Part shown: in pieces, positions 18,492 through 27,997 of the stretch
Layout of the letters: each line of letters begins with the position of its first letter
How positions within the stretch are numbered: the stretch's first letter is position 1
Origin: Polyangiales bacterium
GTDB taxonomy: Bacteria > Myxococcota_A > Polyangia > Polyangiales > Ga0077539
Length of the DNA stretch: 64,000 nt
Reading direction: 5' to 3'
Assembly: GCA_044229975.1 (NCBI GenBank)
Contig: JBGARZ010000023.1
Span: forward strand, 32,001 to 96,000
Made by a program: the position numbers and the translations under genes
The notes under the pieces: generated by a model
What the model saw: only the letters and a program-made list of their open reading frames with translations
Told to the model about the DNA's origin: nothing
Databases searched by the model: none

Positions 18492-18986
18492 CTACTGGCG
18501 CGATCGGGGAGGGCGAGGGGGCGGCTGGAAGAGCTCGGGCTGGTCGTCCGCTGCCTCCGCGCGCCGCTTCGGGCGGTGGGGGCGCGCCTCCGCGCGCTCG
18601 GGAGGCGGGAGACGGACGGGCGGCCAGGGAGGCGGCACGGCGGCCTCTTCCTCTTCGGCGTCGGGCGCGCGGACGCGCTCGTCGCGCGGGCGCAGGAACA
18701 CCACTCCCGCCGGCGGGGCGAACGCGTCGGGCGCCTCGTCGAGCAGCGCCCGCCCGGCGAGCCGCTCAAGCTCCGCGGCTGCGGCGAGCTCACGGGCGAC
18801 GTGGTCCAGGTAGGAGCGCGCGCGGCGTAGCCGCGTGACGAGGTCGGCGAGCTCGGGGCGGAGCTCGACGAGGCGGGCCACACGGGGATGGGCGCAGTCC
18901 GCCGCGAGCACCGCGGGCTCGGTCGAGCCGCAGCGGAGGCACAGCTCCACCGTCGTCGTGATGGGGCGGACGCGCTGGTCGGTCAC
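18492..18986 (-). CDS. Hypothetical protein with CxxC...CxH motif and a coiled segment
   Basis: ORF with GC-biased codons; ELCLRCG..DCAH; start uncertain. Confidence 0.5.
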   Translation of the reverse strand: MTDQRVRPITTTVELCLRCGSTEPAVLAADCAHPRVARLVELRPELADLVTRLRRARSYLDHVARELAAAAELERLAGRALLDEAPDAFAPPAGVVFLRPRDERVRAPDAEEEEAAVPPPWPPVRLPPPERAEARPHRPKRRAEAADDQPELFQPPPRPPRSRQ

Positions 18987-19159
18987 GACACGAGCGTAGC
19001 CCCGCGCGGAACGGCCCGTCACCTTTCGGCGCGGCGCCGCGCCGACGTCATCCGGCTGGGCGGCGCCCTTGCCATGACGGCCCAGGGCGGGCGAAGACGC
19101 GCCACCGTGGCGCCCCCGCACACGCCTCGGCCCGCACCTCACGTCCGCGCGCCCTGTGG

Positions 19160-19706
19160 CGCGCGCTACGCCTTGGCTGCCCTCCTCGCGAGCCTGCCGC
19201 GCCGGCCCGACCTCGCGGGCGCCCTCCTCGTCGTCCGCGCCGCCCAGGCCGACGCGCGCCTCCAGGGCCGCCTCGGCGTGCCGCTGCCCAGCTTCTCCTT
19301 CCAGGGCGGGCGCGAGAACGAATACTTCGCCCAGGGCGGCCTCGAAGTGCCCCTGCCGATCTACCAGCGCAACCAGACGGGCCGGGCCGTCGCCACCGCC
19401 CGGGTCGCGACGCGCCAGGCCGAGCGCGTCGCGGGGCTGGCGCGGGCCGAGGCGGAGCTGCGGTCCGCCTACGCCGGGTACGAGGGCACGCGCGCGGCGC
19501 TGGCCACGCTGCGCGCTGCGGACGATGCGGTGGGCCTCACCGAGCGCCTCGCGACGCGCGCCTACGAGCTGGGTCAGCGCGACCTGGCGAGCGTCCTGGT
19601 GGCCCGCCGCTCAGCCGCCGAGGCCCGGCAGCGGCGCCTGGAAACCCTCGTCGCCCTCGCCCGGGCACGCGTTGCGGTCGATCAAGCGGCGGGGCGGGGT
19701 CGATAG
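19160..19706 (+). pseudogene. 5'-truncated TolC/CzcC-family outer-membrane factor fragment
   Basis: RPDL..VPLPIYQRNQ..RAYELGQRDL..VLVARR match the C-terminal half of CzcC; no signal peptide or N-terminal half. Confidence 0.75.
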
Positions 19707-19707
19707 G

Positions 19708-19752
19708 CTTCCTTCCGTTAGGAAGGCCTTCCGTCTTGCCGTCTTGCCGTCC
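19708..19752. promoter_or_regulatory. parS/centromere-like array of 8-bp repeats
   Basis: CTTCCTTCCGTTAGGAAGGCCTTCCGTCTTGCCGTCTTGCCGTCC; the same motif occurs at 7424, 12368, 14884 and upstream of parA. Confidence 0.55.
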
Positions 19753-19859
19753 TCGCACCCTATCCGTAGAGGAGGGCGCGTCGCTCCGCCTGGGCGTGGA
19801 CGCGACCGGCTGGCTGTGTGACCAACGGGATGTGGCCGCACGGCACCGCCCAGGCGACC

Positions 19860-19899
19860 GAAGGCTCGGGAGGGACAAGCTCCCGGGCCTTCAAGTTTT
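19860..19899 (+). terminator. Stem-loop, possible intrinsic terminator between convergent genes
   Basis: gaaggctcgggag-ggacaag-ctcccgggccttc followed by aagtttt. Confidence 0.4.
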
Positions 19900-20064
19900 C
19901 TCCAGCCAGACCCCGGGACTCCACCGCAGTCCGGCCGCGGTGTCAGGTCCCCTCGGGACCCTCACGAAAACCGCGCTTGAACGAAGCCATCAACAGTCAA
20001 AAGCCAGGCCGGCAAGCAGCGCCACGCCAAACAGCAGCGGCGGAGGGACGGCTTCACTCCTGCG

Positions 20065-20634
20065 TCAACCCACGTTGCTGATCAGGCGCGCGCCCAGATC
20101 GTAGATCACCCACCCATAGGCGCCGAGGCTCGGCAGCGCTGTCGTGACCATCCCGAACGCCCGGCCACCCGCGCCGCGCGGATAGCCGCGCAGGAAGGTC
20201 ACGCGCCCAACTGTGAAGAGCACCACCGCTCCGGCGACGTAGGTCATCGGCGCCTCGCCGGCGACGGTGGCGAGCGCCAGGTGACCAACCACCGCGATGA
20301 ACGCCTGCTCCAAGGTGTTCTGGAGAAACGCCGCGCGCACAGCCAGCCGCGGGCTCGGCGGGCCATAGGCCGATCCGGCATTGTCTTCGGCGGAGATGAA
20401 CCGGATGCGGGAGACGAGGCGGACAGCGACGAGCACCCAGATCGCCACGAAGAGATCAGCGCGCAGGACGAACGCCAGCCGATCCGGCATTTCGTCGGAC
20501 AACTCGAGTTGCCGGGGAAGCCAGAACACCGCCGCGCCCAGAATGATCGCGCAAACCGGAACCGCAACAGCGGCCTGTCGCCGCACCCGCCGCTGCTCGG
20601 CTGCAAGATCAACCGGAGGGGGAGTCGCGTTCAT
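20065..20634 (-). CDS. MAPEG family membrane protein
   Basis: Four hydrophobic segments; FLQNTLEQ and GRVTFLRGY motifs; GAGG RBS. Confidence 0.85.
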   Translation of the reverse strand: MNATPPPVDLAAEQRRVRRQAAVAVPVCAIILGAAVFWLPRQLELSDEMPDRLAFVLRADLFVAIWVLVAVRLVSRIRFISAEDNAGSAYGPPSPRLAVRAAFLQNTLEQAFIAVVGHLALATVAGEAPMTYVAGAVVLFTVGRVTFLRGYPRGAGGRAFGMVTTALPSLGAYGWVIYDLGARLISNVG

Positions 20635-20806
20635 CCTCGGCTTCCTTCGCGGATTTCCCGTCTGGCGCCTCTGGCGGCAGGGTTGTCACCGGGACCTCGT
20701 CTCCCCCTTCTCGCGGTGCCTACCGGCGGCCTCTGGCCTGTCGGGCCGGGCTGCGGGCGCGCGGGCGCCGCCCGGGTCCCCGCGGAATCGGCCCCGGGCT
20801 CCATCG

Positions 20807-22708
20807 CTACTTCGTCCACTCGGTGGTCTCGACCACGGGGAGGTGGAGGGCGCGCTCGCGCTCGAGGTCGAGGTTGCCGACGTGGAGCGACAGGGGCGCC
20901 TGGACCCACTTGTAGATCGACTGCACGAACAGCCGGACGAACTTCTCGACCCACCCGCGGATCGCGGCGGGCGCCTCCCCCGGGAACATCACCAGGAGGG
21001 CCTCGACGACCTCGCCCGGCGAGAGCTTCTCGGCGGCGTAGAGGTGGAAGCAGGCGTCGAGCATGCGGAAGGGCATGAGCTCGTCTTCGCCTCGCTGGTC
21101 GGGCGCGAGCTCGGGGCCCGCCGGGGCCGAGAGCGTGAGCCGGATGCCCTCGAATCCGTGCCGCTCGAGGAGGTATTCGAGGAGGTAGACGACGACGGTC
21201 TTGGGCACGTTGGCGAGCACCGCGAGGGCGCCCTCCAGGTCGCCGCCGATGGTGGTGTAGCCCATCGCCTTCTCGCTCATGTTCCCCGTCTGGAGGAAGA
21301 GCATCCCGCTCGTGTTCGACCAGTTCCACATCCGCTGCGCGCGGATGCGGGCCTGGACATTCTGCTCGGTGACCGGGGTGAGCGCGCCGCCCACCATGGC
21401 GCGCGCGGCCTCCGCCTCGCGCAGGAACGCCTCCTCGATGGGCACGACCCGGAAGGGCACCCCGAGCTCCTCGCAGATGGTGCGGGCGCAGGTGCTCGTG
21501 TGGTCCGAGGAGTAGCGCGAGGGCATGTAGAAGGCCCGCAAGAGCTCGCCCGCCTTCGAGCGCCGCGCCCCCTCGTCGAGGCCGGCGAAGCGCCTTTGCA
21601 CGTAGCGCCAGGCGACCAGCAGCGTGAGGAGCGAGTCGCGCCCCCCCGAGAGCGCGATGCCGAGGCCCGTGAACGCCCGGGTCTTCTCGAAGTAGTCGCC
21701 CACGCCGAGCGCGAGGGCGTCGAGCAGGTCGTCGCAGAACTCGTCGCGCGCCGGACGGGGCGCGCCCACCGGCGGCAGGAAGAAGCTCCCGTGGGCGGGC
21801 GCGGGGTAGGCGAGGCCCGAGCGGTCGGCCGTGCGCCCGGCGACCTCCAGGACCGTGGGGCGCGCCGCGGCGGCGCGGGCGTCGAGGCAGTCGCCGCGCC
21901 AGGTGGTGTTCTCGGTGCGCAGTCGCCGCGTGCGGTCCAGGTCCACCGTCGCCGCGGCCCACGACTCGCGCCAGCGCGGCGCCTCGAGCACCGGGCGGCC
22001 GTTCTGGAAGACGAAGCCCCCGCCGTCGAAGATGAGCCCGTCGTTGGCGCCCACGCTGGTCACGTAGGCGAGGGCGCACTGGTTGTCGGCCGAGCGCGTC
22101 GCGAGCATCTCCCGGCGCGTGCCGAGGACCCCCGCGCGGTAGGGCGAGCCGGAGATGTTCACGACGAGCTCGGCGCCCGCGTACGCGCGGCGGCGCATCG
22201 GGCCGTCGGGCGACCACACGTCCTCGCAGAGCTCGACCGCGAGCGCGCCGAAGTCGAACGCGAACACGAGGTCGCCGAGGGGCACGCCCCCGAGGTCGTC
22301 GAGCTGGCCGGGGGCGCCGCGGGAGAAGGTGCGCGCCTCGTGGAAGACGTTGTAGGTGGGGAGCTTCTCCTTCGGGACCACCCCGACGATGCGGCCGCGG
22401 TGGACGACGGCGGCGGCGTTGTAGAGGTGGCCGCCGCGCGCGACGACGAGGCCGAGGACCCACACGGTGCCGGCCCCGGCGGTCCCGGCCGCGAAGCGCT
22501 GGAGCTGCTCCCACTGGGCCGCGACGAAGCCGCGCCACTGCACGAGGTCCTCGGCGGGGTAGCCGCCGATCACCTGCTCGGGGAAGGCGCCGACGGTCGC
22601 GCCCGCGGCGGCCATCTCGCCCGCCATGCGGAGGCAGCGGTCGGTGTTCGAGCGGACCGAGCCCACGGTGGCGTTCACGCTGCCGAGGGCGATCTTGATG
22701 AGCCTCAT
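20807..22708 (-). CDS. nadE: Glutamine-dependent NAD+ synthetase
   Basis: Nitrilase domain with FPE / KEKLPTY / LCEDVW triad; synthetase domain with SGGRDS, NVQARIR and TGNMSE. Confidence 0.95.
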   Translation of the reverse strand: MRLIKIALGSVNATVGSVRSNTDRCLRMAGEMAAAGATVGAFPEQVIGGYPAEDLVQWRGFVAAQWEQLQRFAAGTAGAGTVWVLGLVVARGGHLYNAAAVVHRGRIVGVVPKEKLPTYNVFHEARTFSRGAPGQLDDLGGVPLGDLVFAFDFGALAVELCEDVWSPDGPMRRRAYAGAELVVNISGSPYRAGVLGTRREMLATRSADNQCALAYVTSVGANDGLIFDGGGFVFQNGRPVLEAPRWRESWAAATVDLDRTRRLRTENTTWRGDCLDARAAAARPTVLEVAGRTADRSGLAYPAPAHGSFFLPPVGAPRPARDEFCDDLLDALALGVGDYFEKTRAFTGLGIALSGGRDSLLTLLVAWRYVQRRFAGLDEGARRSKAGELLRAFYMPSRYSSDHTSTCARTICEELGVPFRVVPIEEAFLREAEAARAMVGGALTPVTEQNVQARIRAQRMWNWSNTSGMLFLQTGNMSEKAMGYTTIGGDLEGALAVLANVPKTVVVYLLEYLLERHGFEGIRLTLSAPAGPELAPDQRGEDELMPFRMLDACFHLYAAEKLSPGEVVEALLVMFPGEAPAAIRGWVEKFVRLFVQSIYKWVQAPLSLHVGNLDLERERALHLPVVETTEWTK

Positions 22709-22760
22709 CACGCGCCGGTTTCGGCGGCGGCGGGGAACTCGCTGGAGGGCGAGCGGAGGA

Positions 22761-22880
22761 TCAGGGCGCGGGCGTCGCGGCGCGCGGGGCGGGGGCCTCG
22801 TGTCGATCCCCGCAGGCACAGGCGGGGCACCCGAGCATGACCAGAAGCGCGAGGCGAACCAATCCGATCGAACCCTTCAT
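22761..22880 (-). CDS. 39-aa lipoprotein-like micro-ORF (CPACAC)
   Basis: AAGGA RBS; MKGSIGLVRLALLVMLGCPACACGDRHEAPAPRAATPAP*; below the ORF-track length cutoff. Confidence 0.4.
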   Translation of the reverse strand: MKGSIGLVRLALLVMLGCPACACGDRHEAPAPRAATPAP

Positions 22881-22915
22881 GTCCTTGTCCTTCCGGCGTC
22901 ATAACGCGACGCGAC

Positions 22916-24868
22916 CTACGACCGTAGCATTCGGAGGCCGTTCGCGATCACCAGGAACTCGCTCACCTCGTGCGCGAGCACCGCGACGGGGAGGGCGAAG
23001 ACGCCGCCCACGGCCCCCACCGCGAGCACCGCGATGACGACGATGGAGAGCACGACGTTCTGCCGGATGACCCCCCAGGTGCGCCGACTGAATCCGACGA
23101 GGTACGGGAGGCGCATGAGGTCGTCGGTCATCAGGGCGACGTCGGCCGTCTCGAGCGCGACGTCGGTGCCGGCCGCGCCCATCGCGATGCCGACCGCGGC
23201 GGCGGCGAGCGCGGGCGCGTCGTTCACGCCGTCGCCGACCATCGCGACCTCCCCGTAGCGCGCGCGGAGCTCGGCCACGCGCCGGGTCTTGTCCTCGGGG
23301 CTCAGGTCCGCGAACACCTCATCGACGCCCGCCTTCGCGCCGATCGCGCGGGCGGCGCGGGCGTTGTCGCCCGTGAGCATGACGACGCGGGTGATGCCGG
23401 CGCGCTTGAGCGCGGCGACGGCCTCCGCGGCCTCGGGCCGCAGCGGGTCCGCGATCGCGACGAGCCCGTGGAGAGCCTCCTTCGTGCCGAAGAGGACCAC
23501 GGTGTTGCCGGCCTCCTGGAGGCGCTCGACGTGCGCCTCGGCGCCCGCCAGGGGGGTGCCCAGTTCGGCGAAGAGCTTGGGGCTGCCGACGTAGAGCCGG
23601 CGCCCCCCGACCGTCCCCTGGGCGCCGAGCCCGGTCATCGACTGGAAGTCCTCGGCCGGCGCGGCCTCGACGCCCGCGGCCTTGGCGCGCGCGAGGATCG
23701 CCCGGGCGAGCGGGTGCTGTGAGCGGGCCTCGAGCGCGGCCGCCTCCGCGAGGAGGCTCCGCTCGTCGTGGCCCTCGAAGGGCACCACCTCGGTCACCTC
23801 TGGCCGACCCACGGTGAGGGTCCCGGTCTTGTCGAGCGCGACGACCCGGATCTTGGCGAGCTCCTCCAGGTGGACGCCGCCCTTGATGAGGATGCCACGC
23901 CGCCCCGCGGTCCCGATCGCCGCGACGAGCGTGATCGGGACCGAGATCACGAGGGCGCAGGGCGCCGCCGCGACGAGGAAGACGACCGCCCGGTGGAGCC
24001 ACGCCGAGGCCCCGAGCCCGAGGGCGATGGGGACGACCGCGAGGAGCGCCGCGGCCCCGAGCACGGCGGGGCTGTAGCGCCGACCGAAGCGCTCGATGAA
24101 GCGCTGGCTCTTGCCCTTCTTCGCCTGCGCCGCCTCGACGAGTTGGATGATGCGCGAGATCGTGTTCTCCGCGAAGGCCTTGGTCGCCCTCACGGCGAGC
24201 ACGCCCTCGCCGTTGATCGACGCGGCGAACACGGCGTCCGCGGGCGCCTTGTCCACCGGCACCGACTCGCCCGTCACGGGCGCCTGGTTGACGGCCGAGC
24301 GGCCCTCGATCACCTCGCCGTCGGTCGGGACGGCCTCGCCGGGCCGGACGATGAACACGTCGCCGGGCCGGAGCTGCTCGACCGGGACGCGCTCCTCCTT
24401 GTCTCCGCGGCGCAGGAGGGCGGTCTTCGGCGCGAGGTCCATGAGCGCGCGGATGGCGTCGCGCGTGCGCGCCGCGGTGTACCCCTCGGAGGCCTCGCTG
24501 ATCGCGTAGAGGAAGACGAGCGCCGCGGCCTCGGCCCACTCGCCGAGGAGCCCCGACGCCACGGCCGCGACGGTCATCAGGAGCTCGATCCCGACCTCCC
24601 GCTCCTTCACGAGCTCCTCGAGGGCCTCGCGGGCGAAGAAGTACCCGCCCACCGCGACGGCGGCGACGTAGAGCCCCGTGGCGACGCCGGCCGGAAGGCC
24701 GATCTTCCCGCCCACGTAGCCCACGGCGAGGAGGACCCCCGCGGCGGCCGCCGAGAGCACCTTCGGGTTCCGCCATGGCTTCGGCATGGGGCCCTTCGGC
24801 TTCGCGTGGCAGCCGTCGCTGCACGCCTCGTCCTGGTCTTCCTCGCGGTCGCTGGTCGTGTCGGTCAT
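22916..24868 (-). CDS. Heavy-metal P1B-type ATPase (Zn/Cd/Co, P1B-4-like)
   Basis: TGES, APC in the ion-binding helix, DKTGTLT, HPLA, GDGVNDAPAL, C-terminal HE; no HMA domain; ATGA overlap with czcA. Confidence 0.92.
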   Translation of the reverse strand: MTDTTSDREEDQDEACSDGCHAKPKGPMPKPWRNPKVLSAAAAGVLLAVGYVGGKIGLPAGVATGLYVAAVAVGGYFFAREALEELVKEREVGIELLMTVAAVASGLLGEWAEAAALVFLYAISEASEGYTAARTRDAIRALMDLAPKTALLRRGDKEERVPVEQLRPGDVFIVRPGEAVPTDGEVIEGRSAVNQAPVTGESVPVDKAPADAVFAASINGEGVLAVRATKAFAENTISRIIQLVEAAQAKKGKSQRFIERFGRRYSPAVLGAAALLAVVPIALGLGASAWLHRAVVFLVAAAPCALVISVPITLVAAIGTAGRRGILIKGGVHLEELAKIRVVALDKTGTLTVGRPEVTEVVPFEGHDERSLLAEAAALEARSQHPLARAILARAKAAGVEAAPAEDFQSMTGLGAQGTVGGRRLYVGSPKLFAELGTPLAGAEAHVERLQEAGNTVVLFGTKEALHGLVAIADPLRPEAAEAVAALKRAGITRVVMLTGDNARAARAIGAKAGVDEVFADLSPEDKTRRVAELRARYGEVAMVGDGVNDAPALAAAAVGIAMGAAGTDVALETADVALMTDDLMRLPYLVGFSRRTWGVIRQNVVLSIVVIAVLAVGAVGGVFALPVAVLAHEVSEFLVIANGLRMLRS

Positions 24869-27800
24869 GGCGCCTGGTCCTGCGGTGGGGTGGGTCGGGG
24901 GTCCGTGGCTCGGCGGCCGCCGAGCCAGGCGTAGAGCGCGGGAAGCACGAGGAGGGTGAGGAGCGTCGAGGAGACGATCCCGCCGATCACGACCGTCGCG
25001 AGGGGGCGTTGCACCTCCGCGCCGGCGCCGTCGGAGAGGGCCATCGGCACGAACCCGAGCGAGGCGACGAGGGCCGTCGTCAGCACGGGGCGCATCCGCA
25101 CGAGCGCCGCCTCGCGAACCGCGCGGGCCGGGTCGTCGCCCGCCTCCTCGCGGTGGCGCGCCGTCGAGACGAGCACCAGGCCGTTCAGGACGGCGACGCC
25201 GAAGAGGGCGATGAAGCCCACCGCCGCCGAGATCGAGAAGGGCATCCCGCGCGCGGCGAGCGCGAGCACCCCGCCCGTCGCGGCGAAGGGCACGTTCAGG
25301 AAGATGATCGCGGCCGGGCGGGCCGCGTTGAAGCTCGTGTAGAGCAGCACGAAGATGAGCCCGAGCGCGAGCGGGATCACGACCGCGAGCCGGCGCGTCG
25401 CGGCCTCGAGCTGCTCGAACTGCCCGCCCCACTCCACGCGGTAGCCGGGCGGGAGGCGCACCTCGCGCCCGACCCGCGCGCGGGCCTCGGCCACGAAGGA
25501 GGCGAGGTCGCGCCCGCGGACGTTGGCCTGGATCGCCACGCGCCGCGACACGTCCTCGTGGCTCACCTGGGCCGGGCCGGGGTCGTCCGTGATCGTCGCG
25601 ACCTGCGCGAGCGGCACCGTGCGCCCGTCGAGGGTCGCGACGGGCAGGTCGCTCAGGGCGTCGGGGGCGGCGCGCGTCGCGGGGTCGAAGCGCACCTGGA
25701 TCGCGTACGCGAGCGCCCCCTCGCGGACCTCGCCCACCGTGATCCCGCCGAGCGCGCTCACGGTGTCGAGCACGTCGCCGACGCGCACGCCGTAGCGCGC
25801 GGCCGCCCGGCGGTCGATGGCGACCCGCCGCATGGGGAGCCCGCTCACCTGCTCGGCGCGCACGTCCTGGGCGCCCGGGACGCGGCGCAGGCTGCGCGCG
25901 ATCTCGTCGGCCGACCCGCGCAGGAGGTCCAGGTCGTCGCCGAAAAGCTTGACGACGACGTCGCCGCGCGCGCCGGCGATGAGCTCCGCCATCCGCTGCT
26001 TGATGGGCTGCGAGAAGCCGAAGACGATGCCGGGAACGGCGCTCCGCACGCGCCGCTCCATGGCCTCGACCAGGTCCTCGCGGCGGCGGAAGCGCCAGCG
26101 CTCGCGCGGACGGAGCATGACGAGCACGTCGGTCATCTCGACGCCCATGGGGTCCATCGCGATCTCGCCCCGCCCGGTGCGGCAGACCACGGTCTCGACC
26201 TCGGGGAAGGACCGCAGGGCGCGCTCGAGGTCGGTCGTCTGGCGCGCGGCCTCGGGGAGCGAGGTGCTCGGCAGGCGGTAGACCTCGAGCGCCATGGCGC
26301 CCTCGTCGAGCTCCGGGATGAACTCCCCGCCGCGCGTCGCGGCGACGCCCGCGGCGAGGGCGAGCGCGGCGAGGGCGACCCCGACGGTCACCCAGCGGCG
26401 GCGGAGCGCCGCGTCGAGGAGCGGGCGGTAGGCGCGGCGCGCGGCCGCGACGAGCCAGCTCTCCTTCTCCTCGAGCCGCAGGGGCAGCAGGAGCGAGGCG
26501 AGCACGGGGGTGAGCGTGAGCGACAGCACGAAGGCCGTCGCGAGGGCGAAGATCACCGTGAGCGCCATCGGCCGGAACATCTTCCCCTCGACGCCTTCGA
26601 GGGTCAGGATCGGCAGGTAGACCAGGGCGATGATGAGCTCGCCGAAGGCCGTCGCCGAGCGCACCTCGAGCGAGGAGGCCAGCACGACCTCGTCGCGCTC
26701 CGCCGGGGTGAGCGCGCGCCCTTCCCGGGCGTGCCGCTCGGAGAGGTGCCGGACGGCGTTCTCGACGATGATGATGGCGCCATCGACGACGAGGCCGAAG
26801 TCGATCGCGCCGAGCGACATGAGGTTGCCCGAGAGGCCGGCCGCGCGCATGCCGACGAAGGCCCCGAGCATCGCGAGCGGGATCATGGCGGCGACGACGA
26901 GACCCGCGCGCACGTTTCTCAGCATGAGGAAGAGGACGAAGACGACGAGGAAACCGCCCTCGACGAGGTTCCTCGCCACCGTCGCGACGGTGCGGCGGAT
27001 GAGGTCGGTGCGGTCGTAGTAGGGCTCGATCCGCACGCCCGGCGGGAGCGTCGGCTGGATCGCCGCGACCCGCGCGCGCACCCGATCGACGACCGCGCGG
27101 GCGTTCTCGCCGAGGAGGAGGAGGGTGACCCCCGCGACGATCTCGCCCCGGCCGTCGCGCGTGACGACGCCCTGGCGCACCGCCGGCACGAAGGCGACCC
27201 GGCCGAGCTGCCGGAGGTAGACCGGCGTGCCGCCCTCGCCCAGCGCGACCACCGTGTCGCCCAGGTCGTCGAGCGAGCGGATGAGGCCGTCGCCGCGCAC
27301 GAGCACCTGCTCGCGGTGGCGCTCGAGGTACGCGCCCCCGGCGCTCCCGTTGGCGTGCTCTACCGCTTCGATGACCTCGCGGAGCGTCAGGCGGTGGGCG
27401 ACGAGGCGCGCGGGGTCGAGCTCGAGCTGGTAGGTCCTGAGCTCGCCGCCGAAGGTGTTGACCTCGATGACGCCCGGCACCGTGCGGAGCTGCGTCGCGA
27501 TGGGGCCCTCGAGGAGCGCGCGCAGCTCCATGGCCGAGCGGCCGGGGCCGCGGACCTCGAACTGGTAGATCTCGCCGAGGCCCGTGGTGATGGGCGCGAG
27601 CACGGGCTCGCCGTAGCCCGCGGGGATGGCCGCGCGGGCCTCCTGGAGCCGCTCGGAGACGAGCTGGCGCGCGCGGTAGATGTCCGCGCCGTCGGCGAAG
27701 ACGATCGTCACCTGAGAGAGGCCGAACTTCGAGACCGAGCGCACGTCCACGACCTCCGGGATGCCCGTCATCGCCCGCTCGACGGGGGTCGTGACGAAGC

Positions 27801-27993
27801 GCTCGACCTCGAGCGGTCCGAGGGCCGGTGCGGTGGTGAGGACCTGCACCTGGACGTTGCTGATGTCGGGCACCGCGTCGATCGGGAGGCGGGACGCGGC
27901 GTGGACGCCCGCGACCGCGAGGACGGCGGTGAAGGCGAGCACGAGGAAGCGGTTCTGGAGCGACCACTCGACGAGACGCTGGATGACGATCAC
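24865..27993 (-). CDS. czcA: CzcA-type HME-RND permease
   Basis: LPIDAVPDISNVQVQV; GAIDFGLVVDGAIIIVEN; RPVLTTALVASLGFVPMA. Confidence 0.93.
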   Translation of the reverse strand: MIVIQRLVEWSLQNRFLVLAFTAVLAVAGVHAASRLPIDAVPDISNVQVQVLTTAPALGPLEVERFVTTPVERAMTGIPEVVDVRSVSKFGLSQVTIVFADGADIYRARQLVSERLQEARAAIPAGYGEPVLAPITTGLGEIYQFEVRGPGRSAMELRALLEGPIATQLRTVPGVIEVNTFGGELRTYQLELDPARLVAHRLTLREVIEAVEHANGSAGGAYLERHREQVLVRGDGLIRSLDDLGDTVVALGEGGTPVYLRQLGRVAFVPAVRQGVVTRDGRGEIVAGVTLLLLGENARAVVDRVRARVAAIQPTLPPGVRIEPYYDRTDLIRRTVATVARNLVEGGFLVVFVLFLMLRNVRAGLVVAAMIPLAMLGAFVGMRAAGLSGNLMSLGAIDFGLVVDGAIIIVENAVRHLSERHAREGRALTPAERDEVVLASSLEVRSATAFGELIIALVYLPILTLEGVEGKMFRPMALTVIFALATAFVLSLTLTPVLASLLLPLRLEEKESWLVAAARRAYRPLLDAALRRRWVTVGVALAALALAAGVAATRGGEFIPELDEGAMALEVYRLPSTSLPEAARQTTDLERALRSFPEVETVVCRTGRGEIAMDPMGVEMTDVLVMLRPRERWRFRRREDLVEAMERRVRSAVPGIVFGFSQPIKQRMAELIAGARGDVVVKLFGDDLDLLRGSADEIARSLRRVPGAQDVRAEQVSGLPMRRVAIDRRAAARYGVRVGDVLDTVSALGGITVGEVREGALAYAIQVRFDPATRAAPDALSDLPVATLDGRTVPLAQVATITDDPGPAQVSHEDVSRRVAIQANVRGRDLASFVAEARARVGREVRLPPGYRVEWGGQFEQLEAATRRLAVVIPLALGLIFVLLYTSFNAARPAAIIFLNVPFAATGGVLALAARGMPFSISAAVGFIALFGVAVLNGLVLVSTARHREEAGDDPARAVREAALVRMRPVLTTALVASLGFVPMALSDGAGAEVQRPLATVVIGGIVSSTLLTLLVLPALYAWLGGRRATDPRPTPPQDQAP

Positions 27994-27997
27994 GGCC

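Noticed and set aside
22916..27967. 1683-aa ORF as a giant fusion protein
   Set aside because: The N-terminal ~1030 codons are an off-frame shadow of czcA; the ATPase starts at 24868
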